Assembly: GCF_000007185.1 (NCBI RefSeq)
Contig: NC_003551.1
Span: 360,001-392,000 of the forward strand
DNA length: 32,000 nt
Source: Methanopyrus kandleri AV19
Lineage (GTDB): Archaea > JAADCQ01 > Methanopyri > Methanopyrales > Methanopyraceae
Direction of reading: 5' to 3'
Shown: positions 1 to 8,061 of the stretch, in pieces
How the letters are laid out: each line of letters opens with the position of its first letter
Position numbering within the stretch: position 1 is the stretch's first letter
Translations under genes and position numbers: made by a program
Notes under the pieces: generated by a model
The model's input: only the letters and a program-made list of their open reading frames with translations
Told to the model about the DNA's origin: nothing
The model's database searches: none

Positions 1-552
1 CACCTGGCCCAACTCATGGACAACGAAGGCACGTTGATAGCCATCGACGTGGACCCGGACCGCATGCGGGCGTTGAAGAGCAACCTAGCCAGATGCGGTG
101 TCGCCAACGCGGTGGCCCTCCGTATGAACGCCCTCGACTTGCCGAGCACCGACTGGGAGTTCGATCGAATCCTTCTCGACGCGCCGTGCACCGGGGAGGG
201 AACTATCCACAAAGACCCTTCTAGGAAGACTAGCCGCGATCCGGAGGACATCGCCACGTGTGCCAGGTTACAGCGCCGCTTGATAGACGCGGTCGTAGAT
301 GTGTTGAGACCAGGCGGTGTGCTGGTCTACTCCACCTGCACATTCTCGCCCGAAGAGAACGAGCTGATAGTGCAATACGCCGTAGATGAACACGGACTGG
401 AGCCGGAGCCCGTGGACGTGGGGTGGGCGGACAGGGGACTACGCGTGCCGGGGGTCGAGCCGAAGGTGCGACGGACGTGCGCCCGGCTGTATCCCCACAG
501 ACACGGTATGGGGATCTTTTTCGTCGCTAGATTACGGAAGCCCCTCAGCTAA
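1..552 (+). CDS. RNA (cytosine-C5) methyltransferase, NOL1/NOP2/Sun family, C-terminal part (5' end lies outside the window)
   Basis: Frame 1 is open from base 1 (HLAQLMDNEG...). It carries the family motifs DAPCTGEG (motif IV Cys) and YSTCTFSPEENE (motif VI TC-Cys). Stop at 550-552. Confidence 0.8.
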   Translation, partial: HLAQLMDNEGTLIAIDVDPDRMRALKSNLARCGVANAVALRMNALDLPSTDWEFDRILLDAPCTGEGTIHKDPSRKTSRDPEDIATCARLQRRLIDAVVDVLRPGGVLVYSTCTFSPEENELIVQYAVDEHGLEPEPVDVGWADRGLRVPGVEPKVRRTCARLYPHRHGMGIFFVARLRKPLS

Positions 553-612
553 GGCCCCATCGATCACCCATTAATAGCTCACCAAGGGATTCCTTCGTCA
601 TCGGGGCGCGCA

Positions 613-1065
613 TTGGGAGCATTGGAGGAGTTCGAGTGGAAGCTCGCCGAACACGATGTTCCTATTCCCGTCCGTCAGGACGCTGTGGCGCTGTACCGTG
701 TGTTACTGGAGACGGTTCGAATTTGGGGGATAGAGAGGGAGGAAGGCGTTCGGGAGAGTAGAAGCGAAGTCCGCGCACGGATCAGCTGTGAGGGACTCGA
801 TTGCGCCGTCCTCACGAAGGTGGGTGAAGATCGGCCACAACTTCTCCTGAGAACTGTCTTGGGTCCGAGGTTGCTCGCGGAAGTGTTCGAGCGGGCACAC
901 GAGAGCGGCGTCAGATCCTTCCACTTCGACCTTCAGGGGCGAGGATTGCGGGTAGAGGGCGAGTACGACGTGGGCATCGTTCAGATCAAGGTCGTCGGCG
1001 GGGGAGCGGGGTGGGAGCTGCTGGAGGATTTAGAGAAGAGGGGGTTCTCTGTAACTGGGTTATAG
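613..1065 (+). CDS. hypothetical protein (150 aa, TTG start)
   Basis: Only long ORF in this interval and it fills the gap between neighbours. Charged E/R/V-rich composition matches the other genes. No family recognised by eye. Confidence 0.45.
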   Translation: MGALEEFEWKLAEHDVPIPVRQDAVALYRVLLETVRIWGIEREEGVRESRSEVRARISCEGLDCAVLTKVGEDRPQLLLRTVLGPRLLAEVFERAHESGVRSFHFDLQGRGLRVEGEYDVGIVQIKVVGGGAGWELLEDLEKRGFSVTGL

Positions 1066-1115
1066 TCGGTCGGCAAAGGGAGAGTTCCTCACACGTTCGG
1101 ATAGCGGGGACCTCC

Positions 1116-2186
1116 TCATCCCGATGCGACGAGCTCCTCACAGAGGTCGATGAACCGTTCCCGAGCGTTGCCCCCGAAGAGTTCCTTACCTCTCTCCCCC
1201 ATACGCTTCAGGTCTTCGGGATCGATGCTCAGGGCTCGACTCACGGCTTTTACGACCTCTTCGGGGTTAGAAGCGTCTTCGGCTGCCACCGCAACACCGC
1301 GTTTCTCCAACTTCTTAGCGGTAACGTATTGATGGTCCCTGAGCACGTCCCTCCTGGGCAGAACCACCACCGGCTTCCCCAGCGCGGCGGCCTCCACGGG
1401 AGTGGCTCCCCCTAGGCACACGACGAGATCGGCTGCCTTCAACAGGGCCGGAAAATCGTGGAAGAAGCGCTTCACCACGATCCCAGAACACAGTCCATTC
1501 AGCGCTCGTTTCAAGCGCTTGGGATCCATGGCGTTCCCCGTGTTCACGACCACTTCCCAATCCCTAAGTAGCCCCTCTTCGGCGCACCTGACGAGCCCCT
1601 CCAGAGCGGGCTTGTAGCCGGCCGAGCCCGTAGTCCACACGAGTACTCGATCTCCCAGGTCGTACTTCTCCCGGGCCTCCTCCGGATCGGCCTCCTCGAA
1701 GCTCCGAGGCAACACGATACCGACGTTGATCACCCGATCGCCGTAGTACTCGGCCATATCCTCATCCCAGACTCCGATGATGTCTGCGCACAACTTCGCG
1801 ACCTTACCCGAGACGGAGACTACGTCGGTCGGCTCGTAATGTGCCACGGGTAATCGCTTGAACTTCCCGGCGATCATCGGCCCGATAGCCACACCGGCCC
1901 CCGTGGACAGGATTAGATCGGGCCGCACGTCACGGAGTACTTTGGAAGCCGCTAGGTAGTTCTTCAGCCCGCCCAGAGCGGCCTTCCAGGAGGTATCACC
2001 CATCCTCCTGGGTCTCGGCAGACCTACGTACTCTTCGAAGCCCGCCTTCTTGAGCCGTTCTACGGCCTGATCGGAGTCTTCATTGACGGCGAACGTCACG
2101 TCATGTCCTCGATCGGATAACTCCTCGGCGAGGGCGAGTGCCCTCGTGAGATGTCCGCCATCCCCTGAAGCTATTAACACGTGCAC
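1116..2186 (-). CDS. MurG-like GT-B glycosyltransferase (GT28/GT1 type)
   Basis: 356 aa. N-terminal Gly-rich loop (IASGDGGHLTRAL). C-terminal nucleotide-sugar-binding half (DLVVCLGGATPVEAAALGKPVVVLP) typical of MurG/Alg13-14-like enzymes. Confidence 0.65.
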   Translation of the reverse strand: MHVLIASGDGGHLTRALALAEELSDRGHDVTFAVNEDSDQAVERLKKAGFEEYVGLPRPRRMGDTSWKAALGGLKNYLAASKVLRDVRPDLILSTGAGVAIGPMIAGKFKRLPVAHYEPTDVVSVSGKVAKLCADIIGVWDEDMAEYYGDRVINVGIVLPRSFEEADPEEAREKYDLGDRVLVWTTGSAGYKPALEGLVRCAEEGLLRDWEVVVNTGNAMDPKRLKRALNGLCSGIVVKRFFHDFPALLKAADLVVCLGGATPVEAAALGKPVVVLPRRDVLRDHQYVTAKKLEKRGVAVAAEDASNPEEVVKAVSRALSIDPEDLKRMGERGKELFGGNARERFIDLCEELVASG

Positions 2187-2216
2187 GGACGTTCCCCCGG
2201 GGACTACCGGTTGGGA

Positions 2217-3419
2217 GTGCAGGTAGGCATAGTCGGCAAGCCGAACGTGGGTAAGAGCACGTTCTTCGCGGCTGCCACACTGTCACCCGTGGAAACTGCG
2301 GACTACCCTTTCACTACAGTCGATCCGAACCAAGGTGTCGCCCACGTCCGAACGGAATGCCCCTGTAAAGCGTTCGGTGTGGAGTGCCAGCCTCGGAACT
2401 CCTCGTGCATCGACGGCAACAGGTTCGTGCCAGTGGAGCTGATCGACGTCGCGGGACTAGTTCCTGGCGCCCACGAAGGGAGAGGGCTCGGCAACAAGTT
2501 TCTGGACGACCTCAGGCAAGCATCCGTGCTGATACATGTCGTGGATGTTTCGGGATCCACGGACGAGGAAGGTCGTCCGTGCGATCCGGGTACTAGAGAA
2601 CCTGCCGAGGACGTGAGGTTCCTGGAGCGCGAGCTGGACGAGTGGATAGCGGGCATACTGCGCAGGGACTGGGACCGGACTGCCAAGCGCGCAAGCCTGG
2701 AGAAAATCCCGGCGGCGGAAGTTCTCAGGGAACGGCTGGCGGGCATCGGGGTGTCGGCATCGGACGTCGAGAGTGCCATGGAAAGGGCGGAGGTACCGAG
2801 CGACCTCACGAAATGGTCGGACGAGGACATCCGACGGTTCGCCCGGGAAGTGCGGCGTGTCAACAAGCCGATGGTCATCGCCGCCAATAAGATCGACGTC
2901 GAGTGCGCCGAAGAGAACCTGAAGAGATTGGAAGAGGAAGTCGAGTACCCGGTGGTTCCCACGTGTGCCGAGGCGGAGCTCGCGCTCAGGCGTGCGGCCG
3001 ACCAGGGGTTGATCCGCTACCTACCGGGGGATTCAGATTTCGAGATACTGCAGGAAGAAAAGCTGAGCGACGAGCAGCTCCAGGCGCTCGAATTCATCAG
3101 GGAGAAGGTTTTGAAACGCTGGGGTTCCACCGGAGTGCAGGAGGCCCTGAATCGGGCGGTATTCGATGTGGCTAAGATGATCGTAGTGTACCCGGTAGAG
3201 AACGAGAACAAGTTGTCGGACTCCGAAGGCAGGGTACTGCCGGATGCACTGCTCCTCCCGGAAGGTACTATGGTACGCGAATTGGCCTATAACATCCACA
3301 CCGAAATCGGGGAGAGTTTTAATAGAGCCATCTTAGTGAAACCCGACGGGAGCCGTGAGGTAGTTGGTGAAGATCACGAGTTGGAACATGGAGATGTTGT
3401 CAAGATTCAGACGTCCTGA
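2217..3419 (+). CDS. Obg/YchF-like GTP-binding protein with C-terminal TGS-like domain
   Basis: P-loop GKPNVGKST, G3 DVAGLV, G4 NKID, C-terminal GDVVKIQT. The start is placed at GTG 2217 (MQVGIVGKPNVGKST), which avoids overlap with the divergent gene. The listed ORF begins at 2181. Confidence 0.8.
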   Translation: MQVGIVGKPNVGKSTFFAAATLSPVETADYPFTTVDPNQGVAHVRTECPCKAFGVECQPRNSSCIDGNRFVPVELIDVAGLVPGAHEGRGLGNKFLDDLRQASVLIHVVDVSGSTDEEGRPCDPGTREPAEDVRFLERELDEWIAGILRRDWDRTAKRASLEKIPAAEVLRERLAGIGVSASDVESAMERAEVPSDLTKWSDEDIRRFAREVRRVNKPMVIAANKIDVECAEENLKRLEEEVEYPVVPTCAEAELALRRAADQGLIRYLPGDSDFEILQEEKLSDEQLQALEFIREKVLKRWGSTGVQEALNRAVFDVAKMIVVYPVENENKLSDSEGRVLPDALLLPEGTMVRELAYNIHTEIGESFNRAILVKPDGSREVVGEDHELEHGDVVKIQTS

Positions 3420-3446
3420 CCCCGCCCCTAAGGGGGTGAACATGCT

Positions 3447-3887
3447 TTGAGAATCCTCGCGCTAATATTGCTGCTATCGCTCCCCCTCACCCCCGCACTC
3501 GCGGAACCCACACCCTCCGCGGGGTACTCTAGCCCTTCAGAGCAACCCGCTCAGGAGGAAGTGAAGACCGAGGAGCAAATGGTCGAAACCAGCAACGTAC
3601 CTCCCAGCGAAGCTGTACGCCCATCAACCCCTGAACGGGAAAAGGAAGTCACAACCACGACCTCAGCGGCTGGTAGTTCCGAGACCCCCGAGATAACAAA
3701 GTCGGAGAAGACGAATGAGAAGAAGGAGAACCGCGTGGTCAACCTCCGCGAACCGAACCCCGTGGAGAAAAAGAATAATGCGAACGTTACGATGCTTATG
3801 GGCATCCTGGCCGCGTCGGCGTTAGGCGCGTATAGTATCGCGAAGAGAAAGAGGAGAGAAGCGCTCGTCAAGGTTCCCGCAGCATGA
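3447..3887 (+). CDS. secreted, C-terminally membrane-anchored low-complexity protein
   Basis: TTG start 9 nt after a GGGGGTGA RBS. Signal peptide MRILALILLLSLPLTPALA-EP. Acidic T/S/E/K/P-rich disordered middle. C-terminal hydrophobic helix MLMGILAASALGAYSIA followed by KRKRRE. Confidence 0.55.
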   Translation: MRILALILLLSLPLTPALAEPTPSAGYSSPSEQPAQEEVKTEEQMVETSNVPPSEAVRPSTPEREKEVTTTTSAAGSSETPEITKSEKTNEKKENRVVNLREPNPVEKKNNANVTMLMGILAASALGAYSIAKRKRREALVKVPAA

Positions 3888-4116
3888 TCCTGTCGGCCTC
3901 CTTAATGGCAGCTTCCGCCGCGCGCTCAACTGCCTCTTTAATCTCCTCGTCGGAAAGTTCGCTCAGCGGGTGTACCTCCACCTTAACGTCTACGTCCACG
4001 GACTTGCCGTCCACCGTCACCGTTACGTCAACGTCCTCCAAGTCACGCTTCGGAATCCTGCGATAGAGCTCCCGGAGAGCTGCTTCGTGGATGCGTTCGA
4101 TGTCTTCGAGCTTCAG
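3868..4116 (-). CDS. small conserved-looking protein (about 82 aa, possibly DUF3194-like); not in the ORF track; start unresolved
   Basis: My translation of the minus strand gives LKLEDIERIHEAALRELYRRIPKRDLEDVDVTVTVDGKSVDVDVKVEVHPLSELSDEEIKEAVERAAEAAIKEADRIMLREP*, with stop TGA at 3868-3870. It lies directly downstream of prefoldin beta. The first canonical start (TTG) is only at codon 26; CTG 4114-4116 overlaps the pfdB stop as CTGA. Confidence 0.45.
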   Translation of the reverse strand: MKLEDIERIHEAALRELYRRIPKRDLEDVDVTVTVDGKSVDVDVKVEVHPLSELSDEEIKEAVERAAEAAIKEADRIMLREP

Positions 4117-4475
4117 GCCGCTCCGGCCCCGCCACCTCCCTCGGCCTGCTGAAGAGCCTTCTGGAGCCTCTTCTGGAGGTTCTCGATCTGCTGCTGGAGG
4201 CGTTTTTCTTGCTTCTCTAGTGTTTTTACCCTTAGCTCCAGTGTTTCTTTTCTGTCCTCGAGCTCTTCCTTCACCTCATCACGGTCAGCTTCTATCAGCA
4301 AGCCACCAACAGTTTTGTATACCTTGGTATCTTCCTCGATTTCGTCGAGTTCCTTCAGGGCCCTTTCGATCTCCCTAAGCTGCAGCTCCAGCTGCTGCTT
4401 TTGCGCGACGATGGAGCTCAACTGCTGCTGAAGCTGCTGGAGCTGAGCCACCTGCTGCTCCACATTCTGCGCCAT
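4113..4475 (-). CDS. pfdB: prefoldin subunit beta
   Basis: 120 aa. Two coiled-coil arms (QQVAQLQQLQQQL...; LELRVKTLEKQEKRLQQQIENLQKRL) flank the beta-hairpin core KVYKTVGGLLIE. Confidence 0.9.
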   Translation of the reverse strand: MAQNVEQQVAQLQQLQQQLSSIVAQKQQLELQLREIERALKELDEIEEDTKVYKTVGGLLIEADRDEVKEELEDRKETLELRVKTLEKQEKRLQQQIENLQKRLQKALQQAEGGGGAGAA

Positions 4476-4727
4476 CTACACGTCCCCCAGAACCGTCGTG
4501 ATGACCCGCTCTGAGAGCGCGAGGAGACGGAACACTCCGGAGGCTGATGCTCGGAGTGCCGACACGTCTTCCGCCCGGATCTCTATTTGTATGTTGTTAC
4601 CGCGGCGGTCGATATCCACCCGGGATCGCCGTGCCGGCATGAGTTTAACGTCCGGTAACACCGATTCGTAGACCACTCTGGCGACTCGTTCCGATTTGAG
4701 CTCGGCCTCACATCGAAGCGCGTGCAC
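4476..4727 (-). CDS. pcc1: KEOPS complex subunit Pcc1
   Basis: 83 aa. Matches the archaeal Pcc1 pattern (ARVVYESVLPD...RRSRVDI...IQIEIRAEDVSALRASASGVFRLL, compare Pyrococcus AKVVYEAVLYE...RRSEIDF...DIKATDSSALRGTVNSYLRWI as I recall it). The stop abuts the pfdB ATG. Confidence 0.8.
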   Translation of the reverse strand: MHALRCEAELKSERVARVVYESVLPDVKLMPARRSRVDIDRRGNNIQIEIRAEDVSALRASASGVFRLLALSERVITTVLGDV

Positions 4728-4742
4728 GGTCCCACCCTCGTG

Positions 4743-5321
4743 TTATAACTTCATCCTCTCGTCCTTGGTGCGGAAATCCCGGTAGAACAGGGACGGTCCG
4801 ACCTTCTCGGTGCGACGGTAGAAGGTAAGGGTCCCTAAGTGACGAGGATGGCCTTCGACCACCAACAGCACGTCGGCTAGGGCCTCCTCAAGTACATCCT
4901 CCAAGGAGCCCGCTCGGGGAACGAATTCTACTCCGAGGACTTCGGACAGCGACTCCGCGACCTTCATGTGACCGGAAACTGGGCGTTTCGACGTCGTGAT
5001 CACCAGATCACCTGAAAGATCAACCCTATTCCCGAAGAGCTCACGCTGTAGCTTGACACCACCTAGCCAGAATGATAATCGTAACCTGGGTGGGATCTCT
5101 CCGAGATCTATTACATGGAGTCGGGCGGGGTTGCCTTTGGCTTCCGTCACGTAGAACAGGACTTCAGCACCAGATTCTAGTGCTTCCAGTACGGTGTCCC
5201 GGAGGTTCTTCGTACCCCTCAGAACGTAAGTAGCATCGGGTAGTGCGCACTCCAGGTCACGACATAGCGAGCGCGTGCGACGAGCGGGACGCTGTGAGGT
5301 GGTGATGGCCGCCGGTCTCAA
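4743..5321 (-). CDS. Brix/Imp4-like ribosome biogenesis protein
   Basis: 192 aa. N-terminal ITTSQRPARRTRSLCRDL typical of archaeal Brix proteins. Sits in the conserved position next to rpoP and rpl37ae. TTG start overlaps the rpoP stop (TTGA). Confidence 0.7.
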   Translation of the reverse strand: MRPAAITTSQRPARRTRSLCRDLECALPDATYVLRGTKNLRDTVLEALESGAEVLFYVTEAKGNPARLHVIDLGEIPPRLRLSFWLGGVKLQRELFGNRVDLSGDLVITTSKRPVSGHMKVAESLSEVLGVEFVPRAGSLEDVLEEALADVLLVVEGHPRHLGTLTFYRRTEKVGPSLFYRDFRTKDERMKL

Positions 5322-5473
5322 CGAGCTTTATACCTCCTGGGCACGGGGTGCCGGGGCTTCATCACCAGTCTGAAACCACAGTGGGTGCAGCGAATGGGGT
5401 CTTCGTTGATGTCCAACCTGACTTTCTTACCACACCTCATGCAGATGTATTCGTACTTCTCTTCCTCGTACAT
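5318..5473 (-). CDS. rpoP: DNA-directed RNA polymerase subunit P (Rpb12 homologue); not in the ORF track (51 aa)
   Basis: My translation gives MYEEEKYEYICMRCGKKVRLDINEDPIRCTHCGFRLVMKPRHPVPRRYKAR*. It has a CxxC...CxxC zinc ribbon with the YxCxxCG and IRCxxCGxR signatures. Confidence 0.85.
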   Translation of the reverse strand: MYEEEKYEYICMRCGKKVRLDINEDPIRCTHCGFRLVMKPRHPVPRRYKAR

Positions 5474-5475
5474 GG

Positions 5476-5745
5476 TCACTTCTCCTCCAACGCCTTCCGA
5501 ATAGCGCGCCTGACGATCCTCTGAGCTTCAGTCTCGGGATAGTAGGCTCCTCCTGTGAACTCCGCACCGCACTTAGTGCATCTCCAAATACCGGTACCGA
5601 CTCTCTTCACGGCCCGCTTGTGACACACGGGACACTCGTGTTTTTGTCGCTGGACCGATTCGATCTCCGCGACACGACGTCGGATCCGCATTCCGTACCT
5701 GGGTCCGAAGCGTCCCGCTGGACCGACCTTCTTCGTACGACCCAC
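5476..5745 (-). CDS. rpl37ae: 50S ribosomal protein L37Ae (eL43)
   Basis: [18 protein letters not shown]... plus zinc ribbon CPVC...CTKC. GTG start preceded by a GGGGGGTG RBS. Confidence 0.95.
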   Translation of the reverse strand: MGRTKKVGPAGRFGPRYGMRIRRRVAEIESVQRQKHECPVCHKRAVKRVGTGIWRCTKCGAEFTGGAYYPETEAQRIVRRAIRKALEEK

Positions 5746-5801
5746 CGTCCTGCACCCCCCGCGCGCAGGCCCTTTGACCCCTATAAGGTTTGGGGAGTGG
5801 G

Positions 5802-6605
5802 TTACAGTTGAGCCTTGACGGTGCGTCGGACTTCTTCCGCCTTCTTCGTGGCTAGGTCGATAGCGTCCTCCAGTAGATGCTCGGGAAAATCCCCAAGCTC
5901 TCCCTTCTGAACCGCGCAGACTTCTCCACTTTCGGTGACGGTTACTGTCAGCCTGGTGTCCATGATGACCTCCTCCTCAAGACAGGGGTCGACGAGCAGG
6001 TACTCACCGACTTTAGCGATAGTAACGGAGATGGGAAAGTCGTTGATAGCGAGCGGTTCGGTATCTTCCTCCATAACTTCAACCTCATCGTCCACGACTT
6101 CGGCTTTTGGCACCTCGGTGATGGAGAGTGCGGAAACCGAGCCGATCATGGAGGCGTCGAACAAGTTCCCGTCGTGGTCCAGTACGTGGATGTCTACGAA
6201 GGTGACCCAGCAGTGCTCACCTTCCTCTATGCAGAGCTCCTCAAGATCTATCATCTCGGACTCGCGGATCCCCCTGTCTACGACACGAGAGAGCTCGATC
6301 GCGTTTTCATCCGGAGGACCAGGTTCGAAGGATGGGTCGGCGAGCGGAACGAGTTCCGCGTTGACCGCCAGGGCTCCTTCGTTAGGTGAATCGGGGTAAG
6401 GGCGACCCACCTCCAGCTTCACACCGACGACCAGCTGGGTGTTCCCGAGACGGACCAAGGCCGACCCGTTCGCTTTGGAGATGACCCCGGCACGTACCTC
6501 GATGGGACGAAACTCTTCGAAATCACGCCCGTCGATCCTCTCTCCGGCCCTGATAGCGGCGAGTACCTCATGACGTTTAATACGGGCTAGCAGGTCCAGG
6601 TCCAC
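5802..6605 (-). CDS. rrp42: exosome complex component Rrp42 (RNase PH-like, non-catalytic)
   Basis: 267 aa. [35 protein letters not shown] RNase PH domain. Third gene of the rrp4-rrp41-rrp42 string. Confidence 0.9.
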   Translation of the reverse strand: MDLDLLARIKRHEVLAAIRAGERIDGRDFEEFRPIEVRAGVISKANGSALVRLGNTQLVVGVKLEVGRPYPDSPNEGALAVNAELVPLADPSFEPGPPDENAIELSRVVDRGIRESEMIDLEELCIEEGEHCWVTFVDIHVLDHDGNLFDASMIGSVSALSITEVPKAEVVDDEVEVMEEDTEPLAINDFPISVTIAKVGEYLLVDPCLEEEVIMDTRLTVTVTESGEVCAVQKGELGDFPEHLLEDAIDLATKKAEEVRRTVKAQL

Positions 6606-6606
6606 G

Positions 6607-7341
6607 TCAGTCTCCCCCGTATTTCTCCTTTAACGCCCTGCGCTGCTCTTTGTACACTATCTTGCACCCTTTCTTGGCCAGCTTCACCGCCTGTTTGAAC
6701 TCCCCAGGCGTCATATCACCGTCCATTTGGAGCAGCGTGATCTTACCCTCTTTCGGCATCATGGCGAGCGGGACGTCAGCTTCCCCGTAACCGTCTTCGT
6801 AGTACATGGGATCCAGCACCACTTTCCCTTCGACCTTCCCCGCCGCACACGCCGCCACCAGATCGCGCATCTCGATCCCCGCGTCCGCTAGGGCAACTGA
6901 GGCCGCACTGATACCGGCACACCGTGTCCCCGCGTCTGCTTGAAGGACCTCGACGAAGATGTCGATGGCCGTTCGCGGGTAGTATTCGGTGAAGATGGCC
7001 GGCTCCAGGGCCTCTTTAGACAGCTTGGAGATCTCGATAGATCGTCTGTCCGGACCCGGCCGCTTCCTTTCGTCCACAGAAAACGGGGCCATGTTGTACC
7101 GGAACCTGACGACGGCACGGTCCGGTTTCTGCTTATGCCTGGGATGGAGCTCGCGGGGCCCGTATACCGCGGCTACTATCTTGTTGGCCCCTAACTCCAG
7201 GTAAGCCGAGCCATCAGCCCGCTTCAGTACTCCGGCTTGAATCTTCAGCGGACGCATCTCATCGGGCTTGCGACCGTCCAGCCTCAGACCGTCCTCCGAG
7301 ATCAACCGCTCTGGCCTCTCCTCCATTTTGCCGATCACCAC
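6607..7341 (-). CDS. rrp41: exosome complex exonuclease Rrp41 (RNase PH-like, catalytic)
   Basis: 244 aa. [36 protein letters not shown] and a DAGTR-type phosphate site ([11 protein letters not shown]). The start could be GTG 7341, GTG 7338 or ATG 7326. Confidence 0.9.
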   Translation of the reverse strand: MVIGKMEERPERLISEDGLRLDGRKPDEMRPLKIQAGVLKRADGSAYLELGANKIVAAVYGPRELHPRHKQKPDRAVVRFRYNMAPFSVDERKRPGPDRRSIEISKLSKEALEPAIFTEYYPRTAIDIFVEVLQADAGTRCAGISAASVALADAGIEMRDLVAACAAGKVEGKVVLDPMYYEDGYGEADVPLAMMPKEGKITLLQMDGDMTPGEFKQAVKLAKKGCKIVYKEQRRALKEKYGGD

Positions 7342-8054
7342 CGTGAGAGTCGTTTTAGATTCGCTTTCAACCAGTCGGTAAGACCACGGAGATGCGATCG
7401 ACGCTCGATCTCGCGGATAGCTCGTACGGCGAGGAGCTCTCGTTCTTTCTTCGGTTCCTCCCGAGCACGCACGTATATCCGTCCATTGGCGCCCACGACG
7501 ATGTCACAGCCGAGAACGCGCTTGAGCATCTTGATCATGGAACCTTTACGTCCGATCACCCTGGGGACCTTCACGGGGTCTATCTCTACGACCTGACCAC
7601 CCTGAAGTCGGCCGAGCCTCGTCGGAGCATCGTCTTCGAGCAGAGACAGTTCCACGCGTTGTACCGGATCCACCTCTCGAACGACCGCCGTTATAACATC
7701 TCCCGGCCGGTAGTACCTGGAAAGGTCGGTTTCAATGAGATCGACTTCTTCCTCAAGAGCGTTCGACACGTGAAGTATCGCCGGAAGAGGCGCACGAACG
7801 TCGATGAGCCAGCTTGAGAACTTCACCTCCTCCACGATCCCAACGACGAAATCGCCCGGAGAGGGCCTGTAGGGGCCGGCCAGCGGTATCACTCTGATCC
7901 TACGGCCGTCGATGTCGACGAGTCCGGTGACTTTAGAGTATACCTCGTCCCCACTGGTGTACGTCCCCTCGCTCGCGATCACCTGCCCTCTAGCCAACAA
8001 CTCACCGGGAGTGACGACCTGACGGTCCTCGACGTACAGCTCGAACTCGGGCAC
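7335..8054 (-). CDS. rrp4: exosome complex RNA-binding protein Rrp4 (S1 + KH)
   Basis: 239 aa. S1 segment [22 protein letters not shown] segment [33 protein letters not shown]. Confidence 0.9.
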   Translation of the reverse strand: MPEFELYVEDRQVVTPGELLARGQVIASEGTYTSGDEVYSKVTGLVDIDGRRIRVIPLAGPYRPSPGDFVVGIVEEVKFSSWLIDVRAPLPAILHVSNALEEEVDLIETDLSRYYRPGDVITAVVREVDPVQRVELSLLEDDAPTRLGRLQGGQVVEIDPVKVPRVIGRKGSMIKMLKRVLGCDIVVGANGRIYVRAREEPKKERELLAVRAIREIERRSHLRGLTDWLKANLKRLSRW

Positions 8055-8061
8055 GCTTACA

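Noticed and set aside
2303-2962. 219-aa minus-strand ORF and several 60-90-aa ORFs inside 2181-3419
   Set aside because: They are antisense or alternative frames of the GTPase gene, which has unambiguous G1, G3 and G4 motifs. Their products are S/R/T-rich.
4381-4470. CTG/CAG-rich repetitive stretch
   Set aside because: It encodes the Gln/Leu-rich N-terminal coiled-coil arm of prefoldin beta (QQVAQLQQLQQQLSS). It is a coding low-complexity region, not a repeat element.
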